A stretch of 61,218 bases of DNA, filler included. It is 4 parts of 4 records of this genome, joined end to end, with 100 filler letters (N's around TTAATTAATTAA, not from the genome) between each part and the next. Parts side by side here need not be neighbours in the genome. Positions count along the whole stretch, not along the records: positions 32,105 to 48,016 come from DRR378314_2728; positions 48,117 to 61,218 come from DRR378314_2729; 2 more parts are not named here. One strand, given 5' to 3'. The notes under the pieces were generated by a model. That model worked only from the letters and a program-made list of their open reading frames with translations, searched no databases and was not told the DNA's origin. Shown piece after piece: positions 47,077 through 60,900 of the stretch. The position numbers were made by a program, and so were the translations under genes. Each line of letters begins with the position of its first letter. The stretch's first letter is position 1.

Positions 47077-47961
47077 TTCCTGCTTCAGGTCTTTCATCAC
47101 GCCGGAAAAGTCGAGCCCGCCATGCCCCCGGGCATCAAGGTCTGCGTAGATCTTCTCGGCCATCTCGCCCAACGTGACCTGTGCCCCTGCCGTCTTCGCT
47201 GCGCCAGCTGCCAAGTGCAGATCCTTGAGCATCATCGCAACCGCGAAGCCGGGCTGGTAGTCGCGGTTTGACGGAGCAGTCGGCACAGGCCCCGGCGCAG
47301 GACAATAGCTCGTCATGCTCCAGCATTGGCCTGAGGCGGTGGAGGAAATGTCATAAAAAGTCTGCGCGTCGAGGCCCAGCTTTTCCGCCAGATTGAATGC
47401 CTCGCACGTGCCGATCATGGAAATGCCCAGCAGCATGTTGTTGGCGATCTTCGCGACCTGCCCGTTCCCGCTGGCGCCTGCATGAAAGATGTTCTTGCCC
47501 ATCGCATCCAGGATGGGCTTTGCCTTCTTAAAGGCCTCGTCCGGCCCGCCGACCATGAAGGTCAATGTGCCGGCATCTGCCGCCGCCGTGCCGCCTGACA
47601 CAGGCGCGTCCGCCATCAGGAAACCTGCTGCTTCAGCCTTTGATGCGGCTTCACGCGCGTCTTCGACGGCAATCGTTGAGCAATCGAGAAACAGCGCGCC
47701 TTTCGCAGCATGCGCAGCCACGCCATCCTCTCCGAAATAGACCGACAGGACATGCTTGCCCGCTGGCAACATCGATACGATCACGTCGGCGTCGCTCACG
47801 GCCTCTGCGATCGTCGCCGCTGCTTGTGCGCCATTGGATTCAGCGACCTTCACAGCGTCCGCATTCAGGTCGAATGCGCGAACCTCATGCCCCGCCTTGC
47901 ACAAATTGGCGCACATGCCCGAGCCCATATTGCCCAGACCAATGAATGCGATCTTCGTCAT
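47068..47961 (-). CDS. mmsB: 3-hydroxyisobutyrate dehydrogenase
   Basis: FIGLGNMG, DAPVSGG, KIANNMLL, SGQCWSMTSYCP.PG and MMLKDL motifs. Confidence 0.93.
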   Translation of the reverse strand: MTKIAFIGLGNMGSGMCANLCKAGHEVRAFDLNADAVKVAESNGAQAAATIAEAVSDADVIVSMLPAGKHVLSVYFGEDGVAAHAAKGALFLDCSTIAVEDAREAASKAEAAGFLMADAPVSGGTAAADAGTLTFMVGGPDEAFKKAKPILDAMGKNIFHAGASGNGQVAKIANNMLLGISMIGTCEAFNLAEKLGLDAQTFYDISSTASGQCWSMTSYCPAPGPVPTAPSNRDYQPGFAVAMMLKDLHLAAGAAKTAGAQVTLGEMAEKIYADLDARGHGGLDFSGVMKDLKQELG

Positions 47962-47989
47962 GTCTTCCTCCCGTTGCGCCCTCAGAGAG

Positions 47990-48015
47990 CGCTCATGCTG
48001 AGCGAAGTCGAAGCA
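47990..48015. repeat. REP-like repeat arm at contig end
   Basis: CGCTCATGCTGAGCGAAGTCGAAGCA resembles common alphaproteobacterial REP arms and abuts the assembly break. Confidence 0.55.
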
Positions 48016-48016
48016 A

Positions 48017-48116
48017 NNNNNNNNNNNNNNNNNNNNNNNNNNNNNNNNNNNNNNNNNNNNTTAATTAATTAANNNNNNNNNNNNNNNNNNNNNNNNNNNN
48101 NNNNNNNNNNNNNNNN
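48017..48116. other. artificial contig spacer
   Basis: N44-TTAATTAATTAA-N44. Confidence 0.98.
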
Positions 48117-51100
48117 CGAGCAGCGCGAGCGCGAAGCGGAAAGCGCTGTGCGGATCCAAGCAGCTTTTCGCGGGTACAGAACCAGAAGGCAAAGTCATTC
48201 CTCTCAAGCACATGCGCAATACGAAAATTACAACAATGTACACGAGAGTTTGAAGTCATCCACTCCTAACCGTCACAAAACGGCACTTTTGCAAGAATCC
48301 GACAACAAGAGTGGAGCTCTTGAACGCGCGCTTAGGTACGTCTCCAACGCCCTCTCCACTACGCACACCCGCACTCGTGTGAGTGGGAGAGCTGTGAAAA
48401 CGCATACAACATATTGCTTCGCACATCGAGGATATACACCCATAGTCATCTTTCTTCTAATTTTTTCGTTTATTGATTTTGTACGAACGATATACCTCGT
48501 AGTACGAGTACTGCGAGTACCAGTACTTTTCTCATCCATCCGCCCGAGAAACGGCGCGCGCTGAAGCCGATTCCGCCGTCGAAGATTCCGAAACCTCGCA
48601 CATGTTCGGAAACCGAAAGCCAAAGTGCGCATTCCACCACTTCTTCGCCAGTGAATCACTCTGGACGTGCAATGCTGCATCCTATCGAGAAATCGCCGCA
48701 AAAGGCACGCTCCCCTCACAAGGAGCGAGCACAGCTGTGCAATCGCATCACGAATCTTGTGAACATGTCACCGGCAGCAGAGCGCTCGCGCCGTGGCGAT
48801 GGAAATGCATCTCCCGCTCTTCCGGCTGAAAAACTGCCATCAAAGAATTCCGCGCTGGAAAAACTCGAGATGCTCAGGCAACAGAGAAATGAGGATGAAA
48901 AACGATACAAAGCCGCCGTTGCTGCGATTGAGAACGATGACACGCTGACGCTCGAAGAGAGAGAGCTGCGAAAATTTAAACTGGCGCAAAGGAGGACGCG
49001 GCAGCGCCAGCGGGAGCAGCGCGAGCGGCAAGAACGTAACCGCGATGAACAGATGGCTCGAGCAGAGCGGATGCGGCGCGAGGCTGAGCTTGCGGAAGCA
49101 AGACGAATTGAAGCTGAAGAAAATGCGCGTCGCCGTGCTTATCACGAGAAGGAAGAACGCCGACGGCGTCGCGCACAAGAGGTGAGGTAGTGCGCACGGC
49201 ACTCGCTGGAGAAAGCGCGCAGAAACAGCGACAACGCGATGGCCGCATCGTCCAGCAGGGAGGCCGCATACGCCGCAAACGCATCAAACGCACACAGGCA
49301 CTCGATTCTGCCGTTCTCAGGGCCCTACGATCGCATACACCCTTACAAAAACTTTTTATGGCAAATATGCGTTATGAATCCCACATGTCTACTTCTCACG
49401 TGCATCACATCATGTGCAAACGCGAACCCTCCTACTGCCGTGGGAAGGCTGAGGAACGCAGGAGACAGCGCGAGCAAGTTCGTAAGCAAGAAAGCGAGTA
49501 CATGAAAGGAAGACGAACGCCGCTCTTCCAGAAAATGGAGAAAGAGTTTGCCTCCAAGGTAAGCGATACTCGAATTTTCGAGCAAAAGATCATGGTTTTG
49601 CCAGAGAAGTGTGGCAAAGCAACTTGCTCGCCTCCTCGACCCTGATGCCTTGCACCGATGATTGTGACACTCGACCAGCTCAGTAGTCGCGCTCAGAAGA
49701 CGCCGCGCGCGCGCAGCGCCCCTATGCGATTCACCGCGGGAAAAGTGAACAATGAGGGAGACAAATTCTCCCTGCGGAGTTCGCAAGGGCCACTTGCACA
49801 ACACATATTACACGCGCAAATTTTGTGCTTGCATAAGCTCCATACACTGAGAATCAGGAATGATCATTACTTTTCCATGCCTCTTGACGTTACCGTCCTT
49901 ATTTGCGGGAATGGCGTGCGCTGTTGCGCAGATCGTCCGCGAGGAGGAGCTCGAGCGACAGCGAGCGCTGGAACAGAAGCATCAAGCCTTCTCTGAACCC
50001 GTCAATCTCCGACGATTCGCAAAAGAGACAGCAGAATTTGAGCGACAAAAGGCTGAGCTACTAGCGCAAAGGCAGAGAAAGCGCGAGGAGGAAATGAAAC
50101 AATTTAAACGAGACTTGCGCAAGCGCCCTTTCTTCCGCGAGAAGCTGCAGGAGATGGCCGGGCAGCAGGAGCAGCGACAGCGTCAGGAGGAGCGTCAGCA
50201 GCGCAGACTCGCAAAGGAGAGACTCAAGAAGCAGGCGGAATACGGGCAGAAAGTACGGCAATCGCTTGCAAAGCGCAATGTGGAGCCAGCGCAAATTTAC
50301 ACAAGCGTTGAACAGACGCGTCGTCTCGCGCGTAGTGGGCTGGAGAACGGCATCGCAGCGACGGAGAAGAAAACGCCGCTCGGACGGCTCCACCCAGCAG
50401 ACACGGAGGTTGTGGTCGAGCGGCCGCTGCCGCCAGCCCCTCTACCACCTCCGCAAAAAGCGGTGGACAATCCAATTCGAGCTTCTTCGGCAAAGAAAAC
50501 CATTTTGCCTGGTGATTCCGACGACATTCATGCGCACGATAGCTCGGTGTCTGGGATACGGCAAGAGGATGCAGGGGAGTCGGCAGAGCGCCCGTCGTCG
50601 TCCAGCGACGCCCATTCGAATTCCACAGCCGATGGCGCGGAGCGCCAGGAGCTACTACGGCGCGAAAATGCCGCAGGATCTGATCCTGTAGATGAGATTT
50701 CGTTCCCGAATTCTACCATCACAAGTGAAAATGACAGCTCTCAGCTTCCACAAGAGAAAGCGACACTACAGGAAATCGAAAACGAGGAGAGTCTTCCGCT
50801 CGAGCGCGCAGCGGATAGCGCCGAGGAGAAGACAAGGGGCGAACCGATTGCCCTTTCTCGCATCGACATGAGTGAAGGACAAGACCTCCACGCAGAAAAC
50901 CTCTCTGTTTGCAACTCTTCCAGAGATATTGGGCAGGACATTCAGCGCGATGTACGTAACGTGTACAAAGAAGATGAGAAAAACAGGCCGTTGGTAGATG
51001 AAAACGCTACATTGCAGGGTGAATCGGTACCACCTACGAGTGGCAGTGCGTCGGAGACAGTCCCAGTACCAGGGAAACGGGCCGAAGTAAAACAGGATAC

Positions 51101-52205
51101 CGATATCGAAGTTTCCACTGAAACGCCTGCTGATGAACCGCTTTTACCAGAGAGTAACGAGAGTAACTCTACGGAGGTCGAGGTTGCATCAGAGGAAAAC
51201 GGTGATGATTCGCAAGTGGAACAGCGTCTGGCCGGCGCGTATGAGCGGGATACGCCGCTTTCCTCCATAGATGCTGCAACGCCGGGCGTGCGGGGCGATT
51301 CCGTCGCGAATGAGGACGTTCACACGATTACTTCAACTTCACCTAATCCCGACGATGATCGCGTTCCTTCGAATCCAAATGATCGGAGTGACTCACACAA
51401 AAGCGACCTGGACAAGGACCACCAGCAAGCAGAAAACGCGCCAGGTCCGACAGAGGACGAAGGTGACAAGCGTAGCCATGATATTGCTCCACACGACAAC
51501 GACAAAACGGCGGTTGGTGAACTCGATCACGAACATGCAGAAGGAAACTTGGAGCCAAAGGAACTCGAAACTCTCGAAAAGGTACAAGAAGACACAGTAA
51601 CGGGGAACCAGAGGAATACAACAGACATTGCAGAAATTGCCACCGAGACTGGCGATATCGGAGACAACACGGAATCGCGGACCAGCGGCGAAGCAGCAGT
51701 AGGCGAGACTCTGCGCGAATTGCAAATCCTGCGTGAGGATCCCTCCCACAGTACGGAAGCAATTCACTCCGACAACCCACCTATAGTCCACTCCGAGGCG
51801 CCGGATACCCCAGGTGCGGAGGAAAGCGGCAAATCAGTTATTCGTCAACCGGAAGAGCAGAGTCAGGCGACAGCGCGAGCGGTAACCCATGTCGAGCACC
51901 ACATTTCGCCCGAGCCTGCCGCAAGTGCGCGTCAAATGGAGACTGACCAAAGTGGGGAAGCGCTCTTGGTCCAGCAAGATTATCCCGTAGATGACACGGA
52001 GCGCCTTCAGGACCTTGCATACGAAAGTGACGAAAGGCAAAGTCATCCGCACGATTTGGATCATTCAACATACGAATCCGGAGCTTCTTCTGACGAAGAA
52101 TACACAGAGAGCCATGCCAGCGGCGACGAAAGCGAGGATCTTCTTGCACAAGAGTCTCTCTCACCAGAAAACGAGGCAAACGCAACAGACTTATCACAAA
52201 CTTGA
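48117..52205 (+). CDS. IQ-motif, coiled-coil protein with long acidic disordered tail (5' truncated, multi-exon)
   Basis: IQAAFRGYRTRR IQ motif; E/R/Q-rich coiled-coil exons near 48.8-49.2, 49.4-49.56 and 49.93-50.3 kb; GT-AG donors at 48336, ~49181 and ~49559. Confidence 0.65.
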
Positions 52206-52851
52206 TCATTTCCTGTGACTATTTCCAAGCAAAATGCTGTAAATGGAAAGTCGGTTTGGAAGTTATGGTCGAATACATGCCGGGGATCGTACAACTTCAG
52301 CAGCACTTCTACGGCGATATGGGGGCATCCGGTCGAACTCGGCGTACCAGGCCTCTCGCTTGTGCGATTCCCCACCAGCCTTGCTCAGGCTGGGCCGCTT
52401 ATCCTCTGTGATACACCACTTTTCCGGCCTTCTATTTACATTTTTCTGAGTCGAAGTTGCGATTACTCCTGTACAATTTCAAGACTGTAATGGAAGCCAT
52501 GCAACTCCGCAGTGCAATGCGTTCGTAATCACATCTTCCAACGCATGCCGCGTCCACGCAAAGCGCACACGCAGTGCAAGGCATTTTCGCTACCCTGGTG
52601 ACTCTCCTCCATCATTTCCTTTTATTCCTAACAAGATTCACAACTTTCTTTTATAGCACTATCTTTACGTATTTTTCAGCGCAGGAGTGTTGCATTCACG
52701 GGCAGCGGAACAGCACCTTCTCCCGAAAGCTGCGCGCGACACACAGCTTGTGGCGATGCATTTGCTGTCGAGTCGCGCGAGAAACAAAAATAATAATAAT
52801 GCTGCAGTAGTGCAGTTCCAGACCGGAGCTGCGGTTAAAACACATGCAAAC

Positions 52852-53946
52852 TCATCCGCTGCGACGTGGATACAAATTTTCCACTTTTTCAATCAGTGGT
52901 GTGGAGGAAATGGCCTGCATAAATAAAACAGCGGAGAAAGATGTGAGGATGGGTGAGAAAAGAACGTTTCCGTGGTAGACCAGACAGCAGCAGGACTCTA
53001 TTGTACTTTCATCGAAAATCAAAATCTCGAGCTCGAATCCCTTGCAATCTCTTAAACCCTACTGAGCATACAGTGAAAGAAAACAGTGAACATGCGATAT
53101 ATATAGAATGATGATGTACAAAACGTGCCTTTTTAAACTCGTCTTTTGAGAGCAAGCCGTCGTGATCGGCATCGAAGTGAACGATGGTTTGGTGGACAAG
53201 GTCGTACACGTCGCGATCGCGTAGGTTTGAGCCAACCATGATCTTGAGCGCTTTAAAAAGATCCGTTGACGACACGAAACCATCACCGTCGACATCGTAA
53301 ATTTTAAATATCACTATAAAGATAAAATGGCAAAAATCATCTAGGCGCGTCAGGACAGCAATACCTGGATAAGCGCGCCTTCCCATGCTCCAGCGAGCAT
53401 CAAAGAACCTGAACCAGGTCTGACGGGAACGCTCCTCGGCACGGTGTGACCATGACGCACCGTCCAGTTTGTCGGAGGTTTCACTACTCTGGGTAAAGGT
53501 CGATACCGTTTTAACGAATTCGAAAAAAGAAATGTGACCATCACCGTCAGCATCAATCACTTCGATCAAGCGCGAAGCGAGAGGGTTTGTCCGAAATTGC
53601 GGCAGTCTCATAATTTCTTCCCTGGTGAGAGACATAGACTTGTCCTTGTCAAGCGCAGAAAACTGGTTATACATGAACCGGATGTCGCTTTCTGTCACTG
53701 TTGGTTTCGGGCGGGGGAGGGAAGAAAGAAAACGCATCGATAAATATCAGTGTACAGGTTTACTTTTGCATCGGCCAATAATTGCATGAATAAATTGTTT
53801 ATGGCTCTCCTCCCCGTATACGCGCAGACTCTGCGCCTGGAAGCATAGTGTCGACCCTGCGAGACGCGCTCTGGCAACGCACCTTGTCCTTCCCCAACAA
53901 GCTCCTCAAGCTGTTCCTTGGATATACTCCCTGGTTGATTTCCCAT
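52852..53946 (-). CDS. calcineurin B-like EF-hand protein (exons 53946-53883, 53697-53461, 53313-53129, 52914-52852)
   Basis: MGN start, four EF-hands (DKDKSMSLT, DADGDGHIS, DVDGDGFVS, DADHDGLLS), NPLASRLI and LKIMVGSNL motifs. Confidence 0.88.
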
Positions 53947-54928
53947 TTTCCACAATTATTGTGCGCTTTGAAATATCCTAAAGTAAACCGGTTCAAGAGT
54001 GCTGCATCAGTAGACCATGATTCGTATAGTGAGAAAAAGGCAAGGGGCGGTTGGCGACTACGGACGTGGCGACGGATGCTCCGCTTCCTGCTTACGAGCA
54101 TGGCCTAGTAGCAGCACCGTTGTCTCTCAGCACTTCACCCATACAACCTTGCGGAGTCTCGACAGCCCCGTCCAACAAGGCTTCATTTTTTCAAAATCGA
54201 ACAAGAAAGCTGAGAGCGCGAAGGTAGGTGCTTGCTTCAACAGCCGGGCCGGAGAGGCACACAAACGGTGCGCATGCCATTTCTGCGCGAGGTTGGATTT
54301 GCCGTGAAATTGAGCTGCGCAGACCAACGCGTTTGGCACTCTGACACTGCATGCGCGCTGAAAATCACAATACAAACACCTACGTCACACACAGTAAATA
54401 TATATGATAAATATGGTACGGTGAGTGTTTTCTTTGCAACGCAAGTACATTATTGGTTGGACGGATATCAACGCAAGGCTGCTGTGGTCACTGGAACACA
54501 GCCGAAACAGAGGCATTGGACTACCTTGCGTGCGCGCGAAGGAAGAGTAGACGCTTTTTTCTTTCCTTCCTCTCCTTCCAAGACGAACCAAGCCAAACAA
54601 TTGGGGGCGAGTGCTTCTAATGAATGGAATTTTCACTTGCAAGGAACTTTGGCACGATGTGCGTGGGCTTCCTGGCGGACTGATATACCTGTCAAGTCGC
54701 GTGCGAGTCTTCCAACGCGGGAACACGTCGCGAATGGAGAGACGCCGCCGTTCCGGGCCTATTTTTGCTAGGGTTTCCGGATGCTTCTAGAGCGAGAGTC
54801 TCGCTCGTGCATTCTTCGCGCGGTTGCCGCCACTTTAGAGGAAGGTTCCTGCCTTTGCACTATAGCCGCACGCACTTTTACAAAGTTGTCGCGTTCTCCT
54901 GCGGGCTTTGTGGGAACAGCAAGGGAAG

Positions 54929-57900
54929 ATGGTGTACACGGTCCGGCTTTCAGCGCGCTACGGGGCGCTGTGGCCCAAACGCCCAGTGCCGGGGCCGCAA
55001 GGCTTGCTGTGCGTGTGCCAAAACGACGACCCCGGCTCCAGCAGGATCAAGGCGCTCTTCACTTCGATTGCGTTTAGTCCGCGTGGTGACATTCTGGTGA
55101 CAGCGGATCAGGATGGGAACATTTACGCGTTCTTTATGAAGCAAAATCGGTACGCCTCTTCCGCATATGCTGCTCGTTCCGGCGGGCGTCGACCTCGCCA
55201 TCTCAAAGCGAAGAAAGCACGCGTCTGCAATGCAGAGCGCCGCAGCACGGTGTGGCCGAGCAGCAGTCACACACATCTATCTCTAGGTGCGGTACTGCCT
55301 GCTGTCTATCGAACAAACTATCGCTCTACTACTTACCAAGATCACCAAGATGTGCACCGTGCTCCCAACTCTATGCGCATTCATTACCCATGAGCTCCCA
55401 AAATTTGCACGGGTTCGCAGGACGCTTGTTCTTTTCAGTATGGGATAGCGGCTGGACGTCCGGCATTCTCCAGTCCTGCGTGCAAAAGTGAAATTGTTCC
55501 CCACGAAGTAGTTTTACACCTGTAGCACTGGTACTGCATTTTCCCGCCTTTTTCCTCGTGCCTGAGCTGGCAAAGCAACGACTTGGTCCAACTCAAAAGG
55601 AGCACGCTCTTCGCCACTGTCTTTGGACTCCGCGTTGGGAACGAGCTATCTCCTCGCCGGAAGATGTAGCATCGTGAGGTACAGCATCAAGATTTGCAGG
55701 CATTTACTCTTTCACTTGGAAATAGCTTCCTTCGTAACATGAAAACAGGGTGGAAAACAAAAATCTGTAAAATCAGAGAGAAGAGTCCGAACTTGCCACC
55801 AGGGATCGCCGTGTCTAGCGTTCGGACTTGCAAACGAGCTCACACCCCAGCAGATACCACGCCACGACAGAGAAGAGAGTAGCTGCAGTCTGACTGCACA
55901 GTAACTTGAGCAATGGCAGCCAGATAGCTTGTCAGTGCTGAGCTCCTCAATGATCGCAAGCCGCCTCTCTGTTGCGCCAGCGACACCAATCTTCTCTCGA
56001 GCTGCGTAGAGCGCGCGCTCTGCAGCGCGAGAAACCTACATCACGATTGGTTGTTGCGGCAAGAAAAAATCTCTGTGGAATCAAAGGCCGTCCTGTCAAC
56101 ATGTAGCAAAATTCTCAGCCTGCACGAATGGAATATCTACTTTTCATCGCTGCCCACCATTTGATTGACGAAAGGAAAGCATGTTCTGTTGCGCTGCGAG
56201 GTGCAGGTTCGCCCGCGTTTTCAAGAGCAAGCAAGGGTTGAGCGCAATTGCCTTTGTTCCGGGATCAGCCCGCGACGAGGTTCTTGTCGGCAACGCAGAC
56301 AGCACACTCGCACGCATTGACCTGACTTCATTTCGAGAGATTGAAGTCCTTCGTGGACATAAGCGCCCATGTCACTCCGTATCATTTCATCCCAGTGGAC
56401 GCTACGCTTTGACGCAATCTCCCGAGAGCATAGTGCTGTGGGCAGTCGAGCAGCCGTCCTGGAAGCGCCACAAGGTACGGACGGTCGTCTTCAACAACTT
56501 TCTCCACACTACAGGGCAATCACAGTGCTAACAAGCAAATAGGTGCTCGTAACCAAAACCAAATCGTATATGATGTATTGCATAATCAGTTTTTCAGTCA
56601 GTAGATCTCCAAGGGTATGACCTGTGCTCGCTTGCTGTAGAAGAAAAAGCGAGCTGTGAGTCCTTGAGGGAGTGACGACTGCAGCAGCGGAATTCGTGCG
56701 CGCAAAAATGCAACCCAACGCCGCATCTCATCGACAGGCACGACGCGTTCCGTCACCCTTTGTTTCCTCTTCTCTGCCTGCCTTTTTCCAAAGATTTTGC
56801 GAATGCAATCCATGCTCCTCGACGCGGCGCAATTCGACGGAACTGGTTTGCGCATTCTTGCGGTCCTCTCCAACGGCGAGGTGGTGAGCTGGGACGCGGC
56901 AACGCTGGCAATCACCGCGCGCAGCAGCGCAGGAGTGTCGTCAATTGCTGCCTGTCGCCACTCGGCTCTCATCACCGGCGGAACAAGATCAACACGCCTT
57001 CACGTATTAGAACATGATACGCTAGCGGCACAAGCTACCCTCTACTTACCGGACGGTATGCGTGAGATAGTCCAGCAGAGCTTCTGGAACGGCCATGACC
57101 TCTTTGTGTTGGGGGGTGACGGCAACCTGTGGTTTGTGGATATTGCTGAGCATCGTGCGGCGCAACTGAAAATGCCACAAGCTGCGCTTCGCGCTGCTAT
57201 TTCGTCGGATAAGCAGTGGCTGGCTGTTATAACGACGCATGGGACTCTTCGTATTTACGACGCCAAAACCGCGTACAACGAGGCAGCCAAACCACGACAG
57301 CATAGTCTCGTACGCAGACCCGCTCACAGCGAGAACGATAGGATGGACACTACGGACACAAGTGCGCGGCTGTGGAACCATCCAGGACAGGCGACGCACA
57401 AGACAAAGCATCGACTGGTCCCTAAGTCGCGACCAGGGAAGACGCGAGGCAAGCAGAGCCCTCTGTCTGCTAGCCACCACCGCAGAAGTTCTTCCGACAC
57501 CTCTGCTGCTTCGCCATCGGCGACCCCAGAAACTGAAGACGGCTTCGCTGGCGAGCGGAATTCCCAACACCGTGTGCAGCTCCCAAATGCTCTCACTCGC
57601 GATCGGATCGAGAGTCTTCTCCGTGCCCATGGCGCATATCCAGCCAAATACCGTGCGCTCATCTGGCGGTTCCTCCTGAAACTTCCGCAAAACTCTGACG
57701 CGTTTGAAGCGCTCCGACAACGTCCCACGCACCAGGCATGGGCTTCCTTGGCGGAAAGATTCCCGATTCAGAACCGCACGGCACTGCACCGCCTCCAAAT
57801 CGTGTGCTCCTGCCTGGCGCATTGGAGCCCTGTATTTGGCGAACTCCCCTACTTGCCAGCCCTTGCTTTCCCAGTGGTACGCGCACTTGGCCGTGACCTG

Positions 57901-60900
57901 CTCTCGTCGTTTGAGATTCTGGCAACATTCTTCACGAACTGGGCAGAGGGGTGGTTCGACTTTTTCCCCGGGCCTCCAATTACTTATCTGCAATTGGTCG
58001 AAGATCTCCTTCGCCGCCATGATTTGGAGCTGCTCGAATGGTTTTCTGAGCGAAAGCTCGGAGCGGATGCGTACGCATGGCCGCTGCTGCGGCACTTGTT
58101 TGCCGACGTGACATTGCAAGACGAGTGGCTGAATCTCTTTGACCACGTCTTCTCCGCGCCGCCAGGTCTCCTCGTCGCCCTCGTGGTTGCGTACCTGCGA
58201 TATTTCCGAGGGAAAATTATGGGTTGTAAAAGCAACGCCGACGTAGCGTACTTCTTTCGCGAAGCTACGGCGATGAATGTTCACCGAGTTGCCGAGCTAG
58301 CCAAGAGCATTTATGCCAAGACCCCGCCGAGCTTCTTCCCACCAACGCTGCGCGTTCTCCACGCTCTTCCGGCAGACCAGTATCCCTTGTTCAACAAATA
58401 TCCAAAATTCGTGGTCGACTTCCAAATGGCAGAACGGAAGCGCATTCTTCTCGAGGAAGCAGACTATTCGCGCCGCGCCGCACTGCTCGAGCAGCTTCAA
58501 AAGAAGGCTGAAGACACCGCTAAAATGGAAGAGGCGTTCCGGCAGCGCGAGCTCGCTGTGCTGCGCGCTGAAGATGAGCGCCGGGCACAGGCCATCGTCG
58601 ACGAAGAGCGCCGAGGCCTCGACCGACTCCGCCTCGACCAGGCAGCCAAAGAGGTGCGGCTGCAGCAGATCAGCACCATTGAAGCGAGCTACCAGCGCCA
58701 TCTCGAGCACGCTGCCCACGTACGCGAGGCGGAGCTCCGTCGCCTCGAAGACGATATGGCCAGGCGGCGTGCGGCGTACCAGCTCGAAATCCAGTCGCGC
58801 CAAGATGAGGAGAAGCTGCTGAACCTGGAGTTCCAAGCGAACCAGCGCGCGATGCAACTCACAAGCGAGCGCGAGCGCGCAGCAGCCATCCAGCATGCGA
58901 AAAGTGACGTGCTGGCAAGAGAAAAGGAAAAGGAGCTCGAACACGAGGCAATGCTGCGCGAGTGGGCGTCGAGCGACGAAGAGCGGCGCCTTCGCATGCG
59001 ACTGGCGCGCGAAGAGAAGGAGCGGCTCCAGCAGGTGAACGAAGACGTGCGCGGTGTTCAGCACGTGCAGCATTCGGCACGCCTCAAGGACCTCGAGCAC
59101 AGCACGCGGGTGCAACAGCTTGCATCGGAGCGCCGGCTTCGCCAGCTTGCCGAAGACGAAATGGCGCGTATCACAAACGAAGCCGAAGAAGAGCAGCGCC
59201 GCCGCCTGATCGCTGTGCGCGAGGAGCAGGCGCGGTCGCAGCAACAGCTTCGTGAAGCGCGTGAGCGAGAGGAAGCGCGCGCTGAGCGGCGCGAAGAGGT
59301 GCTGAACCGAGCGCGGCGGCGCCACGCACTCGAGATCGAGGTCCGTCGAAAGAAGATGGAAGATTTCGAGCAGCTCTATGCAGACACAGTGTTCCAGGAA
59401 AAGCTCAAGTCGCAGGCACTAGACGAGAAGAAGCGCACGCAGACTGAAGAGCAGGAGCTCAAGACGGTACTCCTCGCTATGGAGGAGGAGCGCTTCCGTG
59501 ACAGCCAGTGGGAAAAGGATCTGCAGCACAAAGCAAGCGAGCTGCAAGCGCGCGCTGAGTACCGCGATCGCCTGGTTGCAGCTGAGGAGGACGTGCGTGC
59601 ACAAGAGCGCGAAAAGTTCGAGCGTCTGCGTCAGCAGCTCCGGGCCCGCAACGCCGAGCGCGAGGACCAGATGATCCGGCGAAACGAAGCAGTGTTGACC
59701 GCGCTCGCCGTAGAGCGCGAGAAGCATCTGCTCGCCCTTGAACAACGATGGCGAAATGAAGCGCGCCAACAGGAAAAAACTACCCTCCGTCGAGAGCAAG
59801 AGGAAATGGAAGGGCAGCTCGAAGATTTGGAGAAACAGCTCCATTCGCAAGAGTCCAAAATGCGGCACACGCTCCGAAAGGGGCGAGACCTGGCAGCGCG
59901 GGAAGCCGTCATGATGGGACAAGAGGTGCCCGCCGGCGAAGGCGCGCACTTGGACATCAGCGAAGCGCCCCGCGAAGCGACTCGTTCGCCAGTGCATATG
60001 CAGGACGGCACTACTATGCAGCACGAGGCCGAACCGTCGCCATTCGCTCCACACACCAGGCGAGCGCAGCCCGCGAGCTCGCCGGATGCGGGAGACGGAG
60101 CACGGGCGCTTCCGACCGGTGAATCGCCTGAACGTGCCGAAACGCAACCTGTCACTCCAGCGGCGGCGACGTCCTCGGAGGTTCAAACTTCTCACGAGAC
60201 GATCCTGGACACACTGACGCGCATTGAGGCGGAGCGCCAGGAATTACACACCTGGCGTGCAGGGACGAGCACGGAGCCGCGTCTATCGAGCAGTCTGTCG
60301 ACGTCGCACGTCGAAGCGGAACCGCGCGCAGCCGGTGAGCGGCGCGGTGATCCTCCGGCAACCTCGCGCGACAGCAGCACTACCGCATCCGAATCGGGAA
60401 CCGCGAGACTGGAACGAGCTTCCACAGAGCCACAAACACCGCCACATGGGGCAAAGCAGGTAAGATCATCGAGCCCTCTTGAAGCGAAAATTATGCAAGC
60501 CGTGGTTTTGAAAATGATTCAGCTGCGCTGCCGCTCTCGCGATGTGCAGAACGAGAGAGCGCGCTAGCGCGCGGAAGCGAGGAGTAAATGAGCCAGTACA
60601 TCTGCGAGGAAACGCGGTCAGCTGCAGCGTGTGAGAGGCTTTCTCCAAAAACAAACGTAGGAAAAAAGGCGGGTAGATTAATACCACTATCGCCCGATCT
60701 ACAAGAGAGCAGGAGGAAAAATACGATCGTCGTTTGCGACCTTCAAGAGCCCCTTTGTGGAGAAAAAGATTGGATTTCCAGTCTCAGTTCAAGTCTGAAA
60801 GCGCCCAAGGGCAGCTCGAGAACACAGCTTCATGTCGTAAGTGTTTTCTACGCTCCGCGTGTAATTTTTTCTTATCTGCATATCTCTGTGTGTGCCCTTT

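Noticed and set aside
48481..48527. Five closely spaced GTAC motifs in an intron
   Set aside because: Irregular spacing and low complexity; not a CRISPR array or an ordered repeat.
58440..59900. Repetitive GAG/CGC-rich DNA
   Set aside because: Explained by the E/R/Q-rich coiled coil of TBC1D31.
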